From Acidobacteriota bacterium (lineage in GTDB: Bacteria; Acidobacteriota; Terriglobia; Terriglobales; Acidobacteriaceae), in contig JAJZGF010000001.1 of assembly GCA_021805025.1 (NCBI GenBank), positions 34,783-98,782 of the forward strand: a DNA stretch of 64,000 bases, given 5' to 3'. The first letter of the stretch is position 1; every line of letters begins with the position of its first letter. The translations under genes and the position numbers were made by a program. The notes beneath the pieces are model-generated. The model had not been told where the DNA came from, made no database searches, and saw only the letters and a list, made by a program, of their open reading frames with translations. Below are positions 50,610 through 59,936 of the stretch, in pieces.

Positions 50610-51431
50610 TCAGGCGGAGAGCATGACACTGAGCGACTCCACCCCCGCTGCGTGGAACGCCGCCTCGAGTTCTGCCGCTGTCTTAAACTCCAGGCCGCGC
50701 ACGTGGCGTGCTGGAAATGTGAACTGCATCTCTGCCGATGCGAAAGGCCAGGGCTTCAGGTGGAAATGGCGCGGCGCCACTGGTAGCACGTCAACGCGCA
50801 CAGCAGAGCCATCCGTGCATGGCAACGGATGGAGGAGGTGGGCCGGCGAGGCGTAAGCAACGCATGTGAGCAGCGAAAGGTTGTCACATGCCTGCAGGAG
50901 TCTGAAGTGCTCCTCAATTGTCCCCTCCGATTTCTCAGCCACGGTCAGCGAGGCATCGGCCGCGATTGCGGAGAGCAACTCGGCCTTGTAAGCGCGCTGA
51001 CGATCGAGAAATTCATCCAGCAGAGCCAGCCCCTCCGGCGCGATCGTCGACCGGTCAGCATGCTCCGTCAGCAGGTTACAGGTGTGCATCAGGATGAGCA
51101 CACCGGCGTATGGATCCTCTTCGGCAATCATGCGCACGGCCCGGTCACGCACGGCGAGATACTCCTCGATGTCAATCTCCTCAAAGGCGGAGTACTTGCC
51201 CACGAGTTCGCGCGAAAAGGCGGAAGGCCTTCCCTGGCGCGTGATGACAGGATGCGCGTCGCGCACAGCCCAGCCATCATCATGACTCGCAATGCCATGC
51301 AGGACGCGGGCTCTTGGTTCCGGCTTGCGAAATTGCGCGTTGCCCCACGCTGCGGCGAAGGCCCCGGCCAGCCTTGCGTGATCGGGATGCGTTATCAGCC
51401 ACCAGCCTGTTTCAGATTCCATGCGTAACAT
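50610..51431 (-). CDS. DUF3891 family protein
   Basis: ETGWWLITHPDHARLAGAFAAAWGN...ASHDDGW matches the DUF3891 N-terminal pattern as I recall it. It is the last gene of the minus-strand operon. Confidence 0.6.
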   Translation of the reverse strand: MLRMESETGWWLITHPDHARLAGAFAAAWGNAQFRKPEPRARVLHGIASHDDGWAVRDAHPVITRQGRPSAFSRELVGKYSAFEEIDIEEYLAVRDRAVRMIAEEDPYAGVLILMHTCNLLTEHADRSTIAPEGLALLDEFLDRQRAYKAELLSAIAADASLTVAEKSEGTIEEHFRLLQACDNLSLLTCVAYASPAHLLHPLPCTDGSAVRVDVLPVAPRHFHLKPWPFASAEMQFTFPARHVRGLEFKTAAELEAAFHAAGVESLSVMLSA

Positions 51432-51446
51432 CGTGTCGATCCTCGA

Positions 51447-52238
51447 TTACTCCACGGCTTGCTGTCTGCTGGACTCATGCCAGTTCCGCAGAAACAGCCA
51501 TTCCAGAAACATCACAGTAAAGAAGAAGGCAAATCCAAGCACTGTGGCGGCAAGCACCAACGCAAAAAGATAATCAGTCTCCATCTGATTGCTTGCGTAG
51601 ATGATGGCATAACCAAGGCCGCCTTCACCCACGCGCGTGGACCCGGCAAAGAGTTCTCCGGTAATGGCCCCGATAACGCTGATCCCCGACGCGATGCGAA
51701 TGCCAGTGAACAGGTTGGGCAGCGCATGAGGCAGACGCAGCTTGAATAGAATCTGCGCCCGCGTTGCCTTATGCATTACAAACAGGTGGATCAGGTTTCT
51801 GTCAACGCTGATGAGGCCCTGCGTCGCGTTGGCGATCACTGGCGCAAGGCAGATGACGAAGGTCACAATCGATACAGATGTAATGCCGGGACCGGCCCAG
51901 TTGATAATGAGCGGCGCAATAGCCACGATGGGCACCGTCTGCAGGAGGATCGTGTAGGGATAAAGCGTCTGACGCAGCCAGTTCCACTGCGCAAAAAGCA
52001 TCGCCGATGCAACGCCGGCCACGATGCTGGTTAAAAGACCTGCAGCCGCTTCTTCCGCAGTAATGCCAAGCGAGAGAAACAATGCGGGGAGACGCTCAAC
52101 GACAACTCGCGCCACCCGCACTGGCCCTGGAAGGATGTATGCGGGAAGATGATTTGCCCATATCAGCGCCTGCCAAACGCACAGCAGGACTACAAACACC
52201 AGCAGACTATTGAACGCCAACACTCCTTTGGCTCTCAC
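51447..52238 (-). CDS. ABC transporter permease, NitT/TauT (nitrate/sulfonate/bicarbonate) family
   Basis: GTG 52238 overlaps the ATPase stop (GTGA). The start LPGP is typical of this family, and an EAA-like loop (ATRAQILFKLRLPHALPNLFTGIRIA) is present. Confidence 0.85.
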   Translation of the reverse strand: MRAKGVLAFNSLLVFVVLLCVWQALIWANHLPAYILPGPVRVARVVVERLPALFLSLGITAEEAAAGLLTSIVAGVASAMLFAQWNWLRQTLYPYTILLQTVPIVAIAPLIINWAGPGITSVSIVTFVICLAPVIANATQGLISVDRNLIHLFVMHKATRAQILFKLRLPHALPNLFTGIRIASGISVIGAITGELFAGSTRVGEGGLGYAIIYASNQMETDYLFALVLAATVLGFAFFFTVMFLEWLFLRNWHESSRQQAVE

Positions 52239-53014
52239 TGCGTGTATACCCCCCGCAGATAGCGTGATGTCTGCGTGACAAGTTCTTCGAATTCCCGCGA
52301 CTCCCTGGTGGCCGTGGTCCTCGGCCATGCAAGACTAACCGGAACATCATGCGCCATTCTGGCAGGGTGCGCTGCCAAAATTACAATGCGTGAAGACAGA
52401 AACACGGCTTCTGCGATGGAGTGCGTGACAAAAAGAACCGTCCACTTCTGCTCTGCGTAAAGCCGCAACAGCTCTTCATTCATGCGATCGCGCGTCATTT
52501 CGTCTAATGCCGCAAACGGCTCGTCCATTAAAAGAATGCGCGGTCTGCTCGCCAGTGCACGTGCGATGGAGACACGCATTTTCATCCCGCCTGAGAGCTG
52601 CCGTGGGTAGCTTTTGGCAACATGACTCAGCCCAACCAGATCGATCATGCGCGCCACACACTCTTTGCGGAGAGGTCGCGCCGCATACTCCAGTTCCATG
52701 CCCAGGCCGACATTCTGCTCAACGGTTCTCCAAGGCAGCAACGTCGCGTCCTGAAAGATGAAGCTCATCAGTTCGCGAGCGTTCTCGGGCGTCATGCCGT
52801 TCACCTGCAAGGATCCAGCACTGACGGGGCTCAAACCGGAGACGAGACGAAGCAGCGTGGACTTGCCGCACCCTGACGGACCGAGGATTGAGACAAATTC
52901 TCCACGCTCCACGGTCAGAGAGATGTCTTTCAACACTGGCGCGGAGTCCTGAAAGCATTTGCCTACCTCACTCAACACAATCTCCGGTATGCGCCCAGTC
53001 TGCACGCTCACCAT
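52235..53014 (-). CDS. ABC transporter ATP-binding protein, NitT/TauT family
   Basis: ATG 53014 overlaps the upstream gene by 7 nt. It carries GPSGCGKSTLL (Walker A), LSGGMKMRVSIARAL and ILLMDEPFAALD. Confidence 0.88.
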   Translation of the reverse strand: MVSVQTGRIPEIVLSEVGKCFQDSAPVLKDISLTVERGEFVSILGPSGCGKSTLLRLVSGLSPVSAGSLQVNGMTPENARELMSFIFQDATLLPWRTVEQNVGLGMELEYAARPLRKECVARMIDLVGLSHVAKSYPRQLSGGMKMRVSIARALASRPRILLMDEPFAALDEMTRDRMNEELLRLYAEQKWTVLFVTHSIAEAVFLSSRIVILAAHPARMAHDVPVSLAWPRTTATRESREFEELVTQTSRYLRGVYTQ

Positions 53015-54717
53015 GCGGCACTCCCCTGCATCGGTAAATAGATTGCCGACGGATGCGTTGCAGTGTGCAGGATTCGTTGAGTCGAGCGAGTCCATGACCA
53101 TTGGTCTGCATTTTGCGGAGGGGTACCAGTAGAGGGATTGCGATCGTAGAGCGGGAAGGCCGAACTGGCAATCTCAAGGCGCAACTTCTCACCGGGAAAC
53201 AGCGCAACAGCGACAGGCTCCAAATCAAACCTCCACTCACGGACCTCATCCGCTTCATAGCGCGTCTCTCGAAAGAGCCACGAGCTGCGCGCAATGCCGA
53301 TTGCAAGGAAAGCCGCCGATCCATCCGCTTTTACGCGTACAAGCTTTGCGGTGAAATCAGCAAACTGCGCCGAGGTACTTGCGAAGAGTTGCATGCGCGG
53401 CGTTCCAAAGATCTCGATTTCAGCCGCAAGAACCGGCGAGGTGTAAACCAGCAGATGATTTCCGAGTTCCAGCAGTGACTGGTCAAAACATCCACTCAGG
53501 CCCTGCGGCCCGCCCGGCGCTGCGACCGGCACTTCGGGATCATGAACAAACAGATCGTTCGGCTCCTCATCGGCTGGGGCTGCCCTGGAGAGCCACCCAT
53601 CACCCTTGCGCGAATTCGCATTCCCATGACTGTGCAAATGGATCCTGCACGACCCCCTTGCAGGCCATTCACTGGCCGAGCGCCAGGCGTTTGCACCGAG
53701 AACAAAGTACCGAACACGCGGCTCCCCCTGGAAATCGCCTGAATCTTTGAGCCAGTGATCGAGCCATCGCAATAGAATCGCGTCCGTGTCGAGATTTGCA
53801 CCGGGGCCGCAGTTCATCTCTCCTGCGCGGTCTCCCCAGGGAATATGCACCCAAGGGCCGGCAATCAGATACTGGCTCTCCCGTGCAAATGCACTGCCCG
53901 CGCCATCGCGCAACGCAAGATAACCCGCGATCGATCCCTCCAGGTACAAATCAAACCATCCCGCCATGTGGAGCGCAGGAATCGCGATGCGAGCCAGACG
54001 CATACTAATGTCCTGCAACGTCCAGTACTCGCCAGGCTCTCGATGCTGCATCCAGTCGTGGACGTAGGTGGGCAGTCCATCATCCTGCAGCGCAGGATGC
54101 TTTGTATAAGGAGCCGACAAAGCCTGGGTGCGAAGACTCGCCCAGGCGCTCTCCAACCGGACGCTCGCCTCGCGCAGCCCGCGCCGCCGCGCATCTTCGC
54201 GCAGCATCTGAATGCCCCAGCTCAGTGTCGCGCTCAGGCGGAGCGCGCCCTGGTGATAGAACCATCCGTGATAGAGATCGGCAGCGGTCATGTGCGGTGC
54301 AATGCACTGCAGCCCCTCCGGCTGCTCGGCCGCAGCTAGCAGCTGCGTTGCTCCCTGGTAGGAAAAACCGTACATGCCGATTCGGCCGTTGCAAGCAGCG
54401 TGATTGCCCAGCCAGGCGATGGTCTCCGCGCCGTCGCGGCCTTCGTTGCGAAAGGGATAGAAGTCGCCTTCCGACTCTCCGCGGCCGCGCACGTCCTGGA
54501 TTGCGACGTGATAGCCGTGACGCGCAAACCACACGGGGTGCGCGTAAACGACTGACGATGCGATATCGCGCCCGTAGGGCTGGCGCATCAGCAATGTGGG
54601 CCAGGCCCCGGGCCCTGACGGATAGTAATGATCCGAGACCAGCGTAACGCCATCGGCAAGGCGCATCTTCACGCCGCGATCCAGCCGCACCCCGTTTCCG
54701 CAATCGACCAGCGCCAT
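53008..54717 (-). CDS. CocE/NonD family alpha/beta hydrolase (S15 fold), cytoplasmic
   Basis: MRLADGVTLVSDHYYP...PTLLMRQPYGR...GYHVAIQDVRGRGESEG, GFSYQG (nucleophile elbow) and a C-terminal PepX_C-type domain are present. There is no signal peptide. Confidence 0.8.
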   Translation of the reverse strand: MALVDCGNGVRLDRGVKMRLADGVTLVSDHYYPSGPGAWPTLLMRQPYGRDIASSVVYAHPVWFARHGYHVAIQDVRGRGESEGDFYPFRNEGRDGAETIAWLGNHAACNGRIGMYGFSYQGATQLLAAAEQPEGLQCIAPHMTAADLYHGWFYHQGALRLSATLSWGIQMLREDARRRGLREASVRLESAWASLRTQALSAPYTKHPALQDDGLPTYVHDWMQHREPGEYWTLQDISMRLARIAIPALHMAGWFDLYLEGSIAGYLALRDGAGSAFARESQYLIAGPWVHIPWGDRAGEMNCGPGANLDTDAILLRWLDHWLKDSGDFQGEPRVRYFVLGANAWRSASEWPARGSCRIHLHSHGNANSRKGDGWLSRAAPADEEPNDLFVHDPEVPVAAPGGPQGLSGCFDQSLLELGNHLLVYTSPVLAAEIEIFGTPRMQLFASTSAQFADFTAKLVRVKADGSAAFLAIGIARSSWLFRETRYEADEVREWRFDLEPVAVALFPGEKLRLEIASSAFPLYDRNPSTGTPPQNADQWSWTRSTQRILHTATHPSAIYLPMQGSAAW

Positions 54718-54719
54718 GC

Positions 54720-55514
54720 CTACGCTCCGTGCTTCTGCTCAAAGCTGTGCATCGCAACCAGAATCTCTGCAATGCGCGCTGCAGTCTCGTTTGACCATCG
54801 CTCCCCATTTTGCGCGGTAGCCGCGGACGGATCGCCCATCACGCCGCTCGGCGCAATGTCCCTGGTCATCCATGCAAAATTCGCCGCCGACCCCTCCGGC
54901 TTGAGGATCTCCGGTCGGTCAACATGTGCGATATAGCTCGAGGTGTAGGCCTCGGGATAGACCAATTCAGGTGTTGCATGGAGCAGGAAAGATGTTTCAA
55001 TTTCGCCTGCGTGAAATCCGTAAGTGCGCTCCTGCCGGCTCACACCATCGAAGGCGGCGTCCGGCGAGCCGAACAGCGTAAATGTGCGCAAGCCAAATTC
55101 AATCCGCAGATCGCGAGCCAGCACATCGACGAGCGACGTATTGCCTCCATGCGTGTTGTAGAGGACGAGTTTTTTGAATCCGCCGGCAGCAATGCTCGCA
55201 CCCAGATCGCGGACCACGGCAAGAAATGTCTGGGCACTCACTGACAGCGTGCCCGGAAAGCCGAGGTGCTCATTGCTCTTGCCATAGCACACGGGCGGCA
55301 ATGCATAAATGGGAAGCTGTGGGGGCACTCGTTCGAGAGCCTTTCCAAGCAGAAGATTGTTGATCAGCGTATCGGTGGCGAGCGGCAGATGATGCCCGTG
55401 CTGCTCGATGGCTGCAGTGGGCAGAACCAGCAGCGTGCTGTCGCGCGGTAGTGCATCCACCTGTTTCCAGGTCAGGTAGGCAAAGTTGCGTGCGTCGGGA
55501 ATCCATGTCTTCAT
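54720..55514 (-). CDS. Creatininase family amidohydrolase
   Basis: LVLPTAAIEQHGHHLPLATDT, VLYNTHGGN and FHAGEIETS are the creatininase/ArfB/MftE family metal-site motifs. The start overlaps the upstream stop (ATGA). Confidence 0.85.
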   Translation of the reverse strand: MKTWIPDARNFAYLTWKQVDALPRDSTLLVLPTAAIEQHGHHLPLATDTLINNLLLGKALERVPPQLPIYALPPVCYGKSNEHLGFPGTLSVSAQTFLAVVRDLGASIAAGGFKKLVLYNTHGGNTSLVDVLARDLRIEFGLRTFTLFGSPDAAFDGVSRQERTYGFHAGEIETSFLLHATPELVYPEAYTSSYIAHVDRPEILKPEGSAANFAWMTRDIAPSGVMGDPSAATAQNGERWSNETAARIAEILVAMHSFEQKHGA

Positions 55515-56872
55515 CGAGTCACCGCCTTACGCTGAAAACTGATCATCTTCCCGGGATTCAGCAAGCCCGCTGGATCGTACCTCTGTTTTGCCAGCAGCTG
55601 AATGTGATCTGCGCGGAACCTGCCGGCATCCTCCAGATAATTCACGTGGGGATTGGCGACAAAGACTCCGATTGACCTGCAATAGGCGATCATCTCGTTC
55701 AGACGCTCCTCGCTGATGAAGCGAACCACCGGAATTGCGCCGGGAACCACCGCGCCGTCGCCATTCTTCATGAATTCGATGTGGAAGAGGATCTCGTCTC
55801 CAAAACGCTCGCGCAACAGGCGAAACTGCTCACGGCACTCCGTGGATGAGAATCCGCATTGCAGATAGGTGTATGCAGGATTGGCCTTGATCGCCCAAAG
55901 CGTTGTGTGGTTCCAGGTGTAATCACTCAGCAGGGGCTGCGTGCGCGGGCCATCGAAGGGTCCCGCAAATGTGATCTCGCCTTGCGCGCTCTCTGCTGCG
56001 GGTCGCAATCTGGCCAATTGCGCCGTAGCGATCATCGCCAACACAATCGCCTTGCCCTGGCGCATGAGCGGCTTAACCGGCGCAAAGAAAGATGGAATGG
56101 GCCATTCGAAGACAGTCACGAGACGTTTGATCCATGCGTCGCCCGCTGCGATGAGTTCACCGAAGTCAAATGCGTGTTCGTACGTGTCGAAAGCAATCGT
56201 CACCTGCGTCCAGTCCACTGCGGGTGTAAGGGCAAACCATATCCGCGCCAATACGCCGTTAGTGCCCCAGGCGTGGAGGATCTCGTGCACCGTTGCGCCT
56301 TCATGCAGCACCACCCTGGGCTCCGCTTCCATGGTCACGACCTCGAAGGCGCGCACGGTGTCAAAGTCGCGCAGACCGCCGTGGCGAACGGATCCAATGC
56401 CGCCCGAACCTCCGGCAAGAAATCCGCCCACAGACGCTTTGACCAGCGTGGATGGATACATGCGCAACTCCCATCCCTGCTTGCGCGCCTCCGTCTCCAG
56501 CACGCCAAGGCGCAGGCCGGGCTGGCACACTGCGACACCATCCGGTCGAATCTCTTCAAGCTTGTCCATCAGGGATAGGTCCAGCACGATGCCACCCTGC
56601 AGGGGCACACACTGGCCATAGTTTCCCGTGCCCGCGCCGCGTACTGTGACTGGAATGTCTGCACCGTGCGCAAAGCGCAGGATCGCCAGCAACTCTTCGC
56701 GATTCACCGGCTGAACCGCAACTTCACCGACCTTATCTGCAAGTTGTGGGCGCAGCACGGGCGAATACCAATAGAAATCATGCGAGAGGCGATCCAGCAC
56801 GGCAGGCGCCGTGAGCACACGAGCCGCGTCGCCCACAATAGAAGACAACTCTGCGGCGATTCCGTTCACCAT
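55511..56872 (-). CDS. FAD-linked oxidase, PCMH/VAO family
   Basis: VAVQPVNREELLAILRFAHGADIPVTVRGAGTGNYG and SVGGFLAGGSGGIGS form an FAD_binding_4-type domain. It is 453 aa. Confidence 0.8.
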   Translation of the reverse strand: MVNGIAAELSSIVGDAARVLTAPAVLDRLSHDFYWYSPVLRPQLADKVGEVAVQPVNREELLAILRFAHGADIPVTVRGAGTGNYGQCVPLQGGIVLDLSLMDKLEEIRPDGVAVCQPGLRLGVLETEARKQGWELRMYPSTLVKASVGGFLAGGSGGIGSVRHGGLRDFDTVRAFEVVTMEAEPRVVLHEGATVHEILHAWGTNGVLARIWFALTPAVDWTQVTIAFDTYEHAFDFGELIAAGDAWIKRLVTVFEWPIPSFFAPVKPLMRQGKAIVLAMIATAQLARLRPAAESAQGEITFAGPFDGPRTQPLLSDYTWNHTTLWAIKANPAYTYLQCGFSSTECREQFRLLRERFGDEILFHIEFMKNGDGAVVPGAIPVVRFISEERLNEMIAYCRSIGVFVANPHVNYLEDAGRFRADHIQLLAKQRYDPAGLLNPGKMISFQRKAVTR

Positions 56873-56912
56873 GTGATCTACCCTTCGTTGAACACTGCTG
56901 ATTCAAAGGCGT

Positions 56913-57479
56913 CTACTTGCGTTTTCGTGTCGACCAACGGCGAAACGCTTTCAACATATTCGGGTGAGTAAACAGCGCGTAGCACTCGCAGCGGAGGATA
57001 GGCCCGTCCACGATGCAATGCATATCGCTGCGCGCCGCCACCTCCGCTGCGGGAATCTGAATTTGAGTGCAATGCCGGTTGGCATCTTCGATGGTCGCGC
57101 CAAAAACGACGCGATCTACACCAGACCACAGCGCAGCGCCCATGCACATGGGGCAGGGCTCACACGTGGTGTAGAGCGTGTAGCCCGCCAGGGATAGCCG
57201 CTTGAGCCGCTTTGCGGCCAGGCGAATTGCACGAACCTCGGCGTGGGCGCTCGGATCCGATTCGCCGGCTACATTGTTCAGCGCATGCAGCAATGCCGCC
57301 CCTGACGTCGTGTGAATGACAGACGCGCCAAACGGCCGCGGGCGCGCCGTGCGCATCGACCGCGCCGTGAAGGCGACGAGCGCAGTCATACGCTGCTCGT
57401 CTCGATCAAGGGTCGATTGGCGCCGCCGTTCGGGGCGAGGCGAGGTGGCCGGAACAACTCCCATACTCGAACTTAGCAT
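56913..57479 (-). CDS. CDA-fold nucleoside/nucleobase deaminase of unknown specificity
   Basis: It carries HAEVRAIRLAA (the zinc His-Ala-Glu motif) and TTCEPCPMCMGAALW (PCxxC). The N-terminal 25-30 residues are Arg/Pro-rich, so the start (57479, 57464 or 57389) is uncertain. Confidence 0.78.
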   Translation of the reverse strand: MLSSSMGVVPATSPRPERRRQSTLDRDEQRMTALVAFTARSMRTARPRPFGASVIHTTSGAALLHALNNVAGESDPSAHAEVRAIRLAAKRLKRLSLAGYTLYTTCEPCPMCMGAALWSGVDRVVFGATIEDANRHCTQIQIPAAEVAARSDMHCIVDGPILRCECYALFTHPNMLKAFRRWSTRKRK

Positions 57480-57574
57480 GTCCGCACTTCGTCACGTTCG
57501 ACAAAATGAGCCACACTTATACCGTCTTTATACGGTGGAGATTGCCAACTCGCGATTGCGCTTAGAATCGCTCT

Positions 57575-58894
57575 ATGAGTTCAGTCGAATGGGCCGTTCA
57601 TGGCCTGCGAACAGCGCTTGCGAATGGTCTTGCGACTCCGACCGAGTTGGCGCAGCAGGCCTTGGCGCGGTCCAATCGAAATGCCGGCCGCAACACGTAT
57701 CTTTGGCAGAATTCTGCGTGGACCATGGCTGAAGCAACACGCATGGAAGCCATGCCGCGTGGGCAAGACGGCGCGTTTGGCGATGGCCGCGGCAATCTTT
57801 GGGGCCTGCCTATTTCAGTGAAGGATTGCTTCGATCTGGCCGGCGCGCCTACCAGCTGCGGGGTGCGCCTCTACCGCGATCTTCATGGCGCTGCGGCGCA
57901 TGACTCATGGCTGGTTGAGCAGCTCCGCTCCGCGGGCGCCGTGATCATCGGCAAGACGCATCTGCATCCGCTGGCGTATGGCATCACCGGCGAGAATCCC
58001 GAGTTCGGCGATTGCGAGCAGCCGAGTCAAGCCGGTGCGCTCACCGGCGGGTCGTCGAGCGGCGCGGCGGCAAGCGTGCTGGAGAGCTCTGCCGTCGCGG
58101 CCATCGGTACGGACACCGGCGGATCGATCCGCGTCCCTGCTGCGCTCTGCGGACTCGCCGGGTATCGCGCTACGCTCGGCCGTGGGAACTGGCACGGGGC
58201 CGCGCATCTTGCACCATCGTTCGACACCATGGGCTGGCTTTTCCGGGATCTCGAAGACGCTCCGCTCCTGGCTGCGCCATTTGCGACCGTACAACCATCC
58301 ACGCTGCACCGCTTTACACGCTTCGCTCTCCTGGAAGATAGTTTCTTGCACGATTGCGACCCGGTAGTTATCGCGAGTCTGCATCAGTTTGCCCGGCAGT
58401 TGGAAGTCATGGGCCTGCGCCGATCAACCTTTTCGGCACCAGAATGGAACGGTGCATTCAGTATCTTCGCGCCGATCCAGGCGTGGGAGGCTGCGCGGAT
58501 CCATGCGGGCCGTTACGAGGAGTTTCAGGCGGCCATTCGCGAGCGGCTGGAGTGGGGTGCGCGTATCGCTGACTCTGAGCTCGCCGCTCTGCGCCGGCGC
58601 TACATGGAATTGTGCGAGCGGATGGATGCGCTCTTCGCCGAGCATGAGCTCCTGCTCCTGCCTGCTTCGCCCGTTGTGCGACTGGCAGCCGGCGCTGACC
58701 ACAGCCAGACACGAAGCCGCCTGCTGCGCTACACAACACCCTTCAGCCTTGGCGGCGTGCCCGTTGTCACCGTACCCTGCGCGGCGGGCGGCGTACAGGT
58801 GGCTGCCCCGCGCGGCATGGATGAGTCTCTGCTTCAACTTGCAGCGCAGATTGGCGCGTGCAGAAAGAACGCCGTCCTGAAAGACATCTCGTGA
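57575..58894 (+). CDS. Amidase-signature (AS) family amidohydrolase
   Basis: It carries GGSSSGAAASV and GTDTGGSIRVPAALCG (the AS Ser-cisSer-Lys signature). It is 439 aa, and no Shine-Dalgarno sequence lies upstream of ATG 57575. Confidence 0.88.
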   Translation: MSSVEWAVHGLRTALANGLATPTELAQQALARSNRNAGRNTYLWQNSAWTMAEATRMEAMPRGQDGAFGDGRGNLWGLPISVKDCFDLAGAPTSCGVRLYRDLHGAAAHDSWLVEQLRSAGAVIIGKTHLHPLAYGITGENPEFGDCEQPSQAGALTGGSSSGAAASVLESSAVAAIGTDTGGSIRVPAALCGLAGYRATLGRGNWHGAAHLAPSFDTMGWLFRDLEDAPLLAAPFATVQPSTLHRFTRFALLEDSFLHDCDPVVIASLHQFARQLEVMGLRRSTFSAPEWNGAFSIFAPIQAWEAARIHAGRYEEFQAAIRERLEWGARIADSELAALRRRYMELCERMDALFAEHELLLLPASPVVRLAAGADHSQTRSRLLRYTTPFSLGGVPVVTVPCAAGGVQVAAPRGMDESLLQLAAQIGACRKNAVLKDIS

Positions 58895-58922
58895 TACCGT
58901 TCCATTCAAGCACTCCACCTTT

Positions 58923-59915
58923 GTGAGGCGTATCTTGCGATTCACCGTTCCCTTCGCACTCTCACTTGTTGCCGCGCTTGCCGCCTTCGCCACGGGCTGC
59001 CGCAGTCACTCTTCCGCACCTGTCAATGGACTTACGCCGGTTCGTCTTCAGCTCGACTGGTATCCACAGCCCGAGCACGGTGGCTTTTACACGGCGCTGC
59101 TGAAGGGCTACTACAAAGCAGAAGGCCTTGACGTCACGCTTCTGCCGCTGCCGCAGTACGGCAGTGTCGCCCAACTCATTGCTACAGGCAAGGCCGAGGT
59201 CGGGCTTGGATCGAGCGATCAGATTCTGGAATGGGATTCCAACGGATTGCCCTTGGTGGCCGTAGCCGCCACCATGCAGCACGACCCTCAGGCCATCATG
59301 GTGCACAAAGATTCGCCCATCCGCGACTTCAAAGATCTGGAGGGCCGCACCATCGCCGCGCAAACCGGCGCAACCTGGCTCAAATATGTGCTGCTGCGCT
59401 ACAACCTGCATCAGGTGCAACAGGTTCCCTCCACACTCTCCATCGCCAACTTTCTTGCTGATCCCGGTTATGTACAGCAGGTCTTCGTCACCAGCGAACC
59501 CTTCTATGCGCAGCGGGCCGGCGTCCAGGTGCGCACGCTGCTGATCAGTTCCTCAGGTTACGACCCGTACCGCGTGCAATTCACCACGCGCGACTTTGCC
59601 GCGGAGCACGCTGACGCCGTCACGAAGTTCGTCCTCGCCAGCATCCGGGGTTGGGAGGAGTACCTGCGGGATCCCGCCGCAACCAACGCCTACCTGCTCA
59701 AGCTCAATCCGGCTTTGGACCCCGCGCAGGAGGCCTATACCGCACAGGCGCTACACGACGGTGCATTCATCACGGATGCGAACGCTGCGCATCCACAGAC
59801 CGGCACAATGAACGGCGCTCGATGGCAAAGTGAGTACGAACAGTTGAAGTCGCTGGGCGTCCTCAAGGGATCGGTTGATCCCTCCACCGCCTACTCCCTC
59901 GCCTTTGCCCGGTGA
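58923..59915 (+). CDS. ABC substrate-binding lipoprotein, NMT1/THI5-like (NitT/TauT family SBP)
   Basis: GTG start. The signal peptide MRRILRFTVPFALSLVAALAAFATGC carries a lipobox. RLQLDWYPQPEHGGFY is the typical NMT1/SsuA-type first strand. Confidence 0.8.
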   Translation: MRRILRFTVPFALSLVAALAAFATGCRSHSSAPVNGLTPVRLQLDWYPQPEHGGFYTALLKGYYKAEGLDVTLLPLPQYGSVAQLIATGKAEVGLGSSDQILEWDSNGLPLVAVAATMQHDPQAIMVHKDSPIRDFKDLEGRTIAAQTGATWLKYVLLRYNLHQVQQVPSTLSIANFLADPGYVQQVFVTSEPFYAQRAGVQVRTLLISSSGYDPYRVQFTTRDFAAEHADAVTKFVLASIRGWEEYLRDPAATNAYLLKLNPALDPAQEAYTAQALHDGAFITDANAAHPQTGTMNGARWQSEYEQLKSLGVLKGSVDPSTAYSLAFAR

Positions 59916-59936
59916 GCGCAGCTCCGCGTCCCTGCG

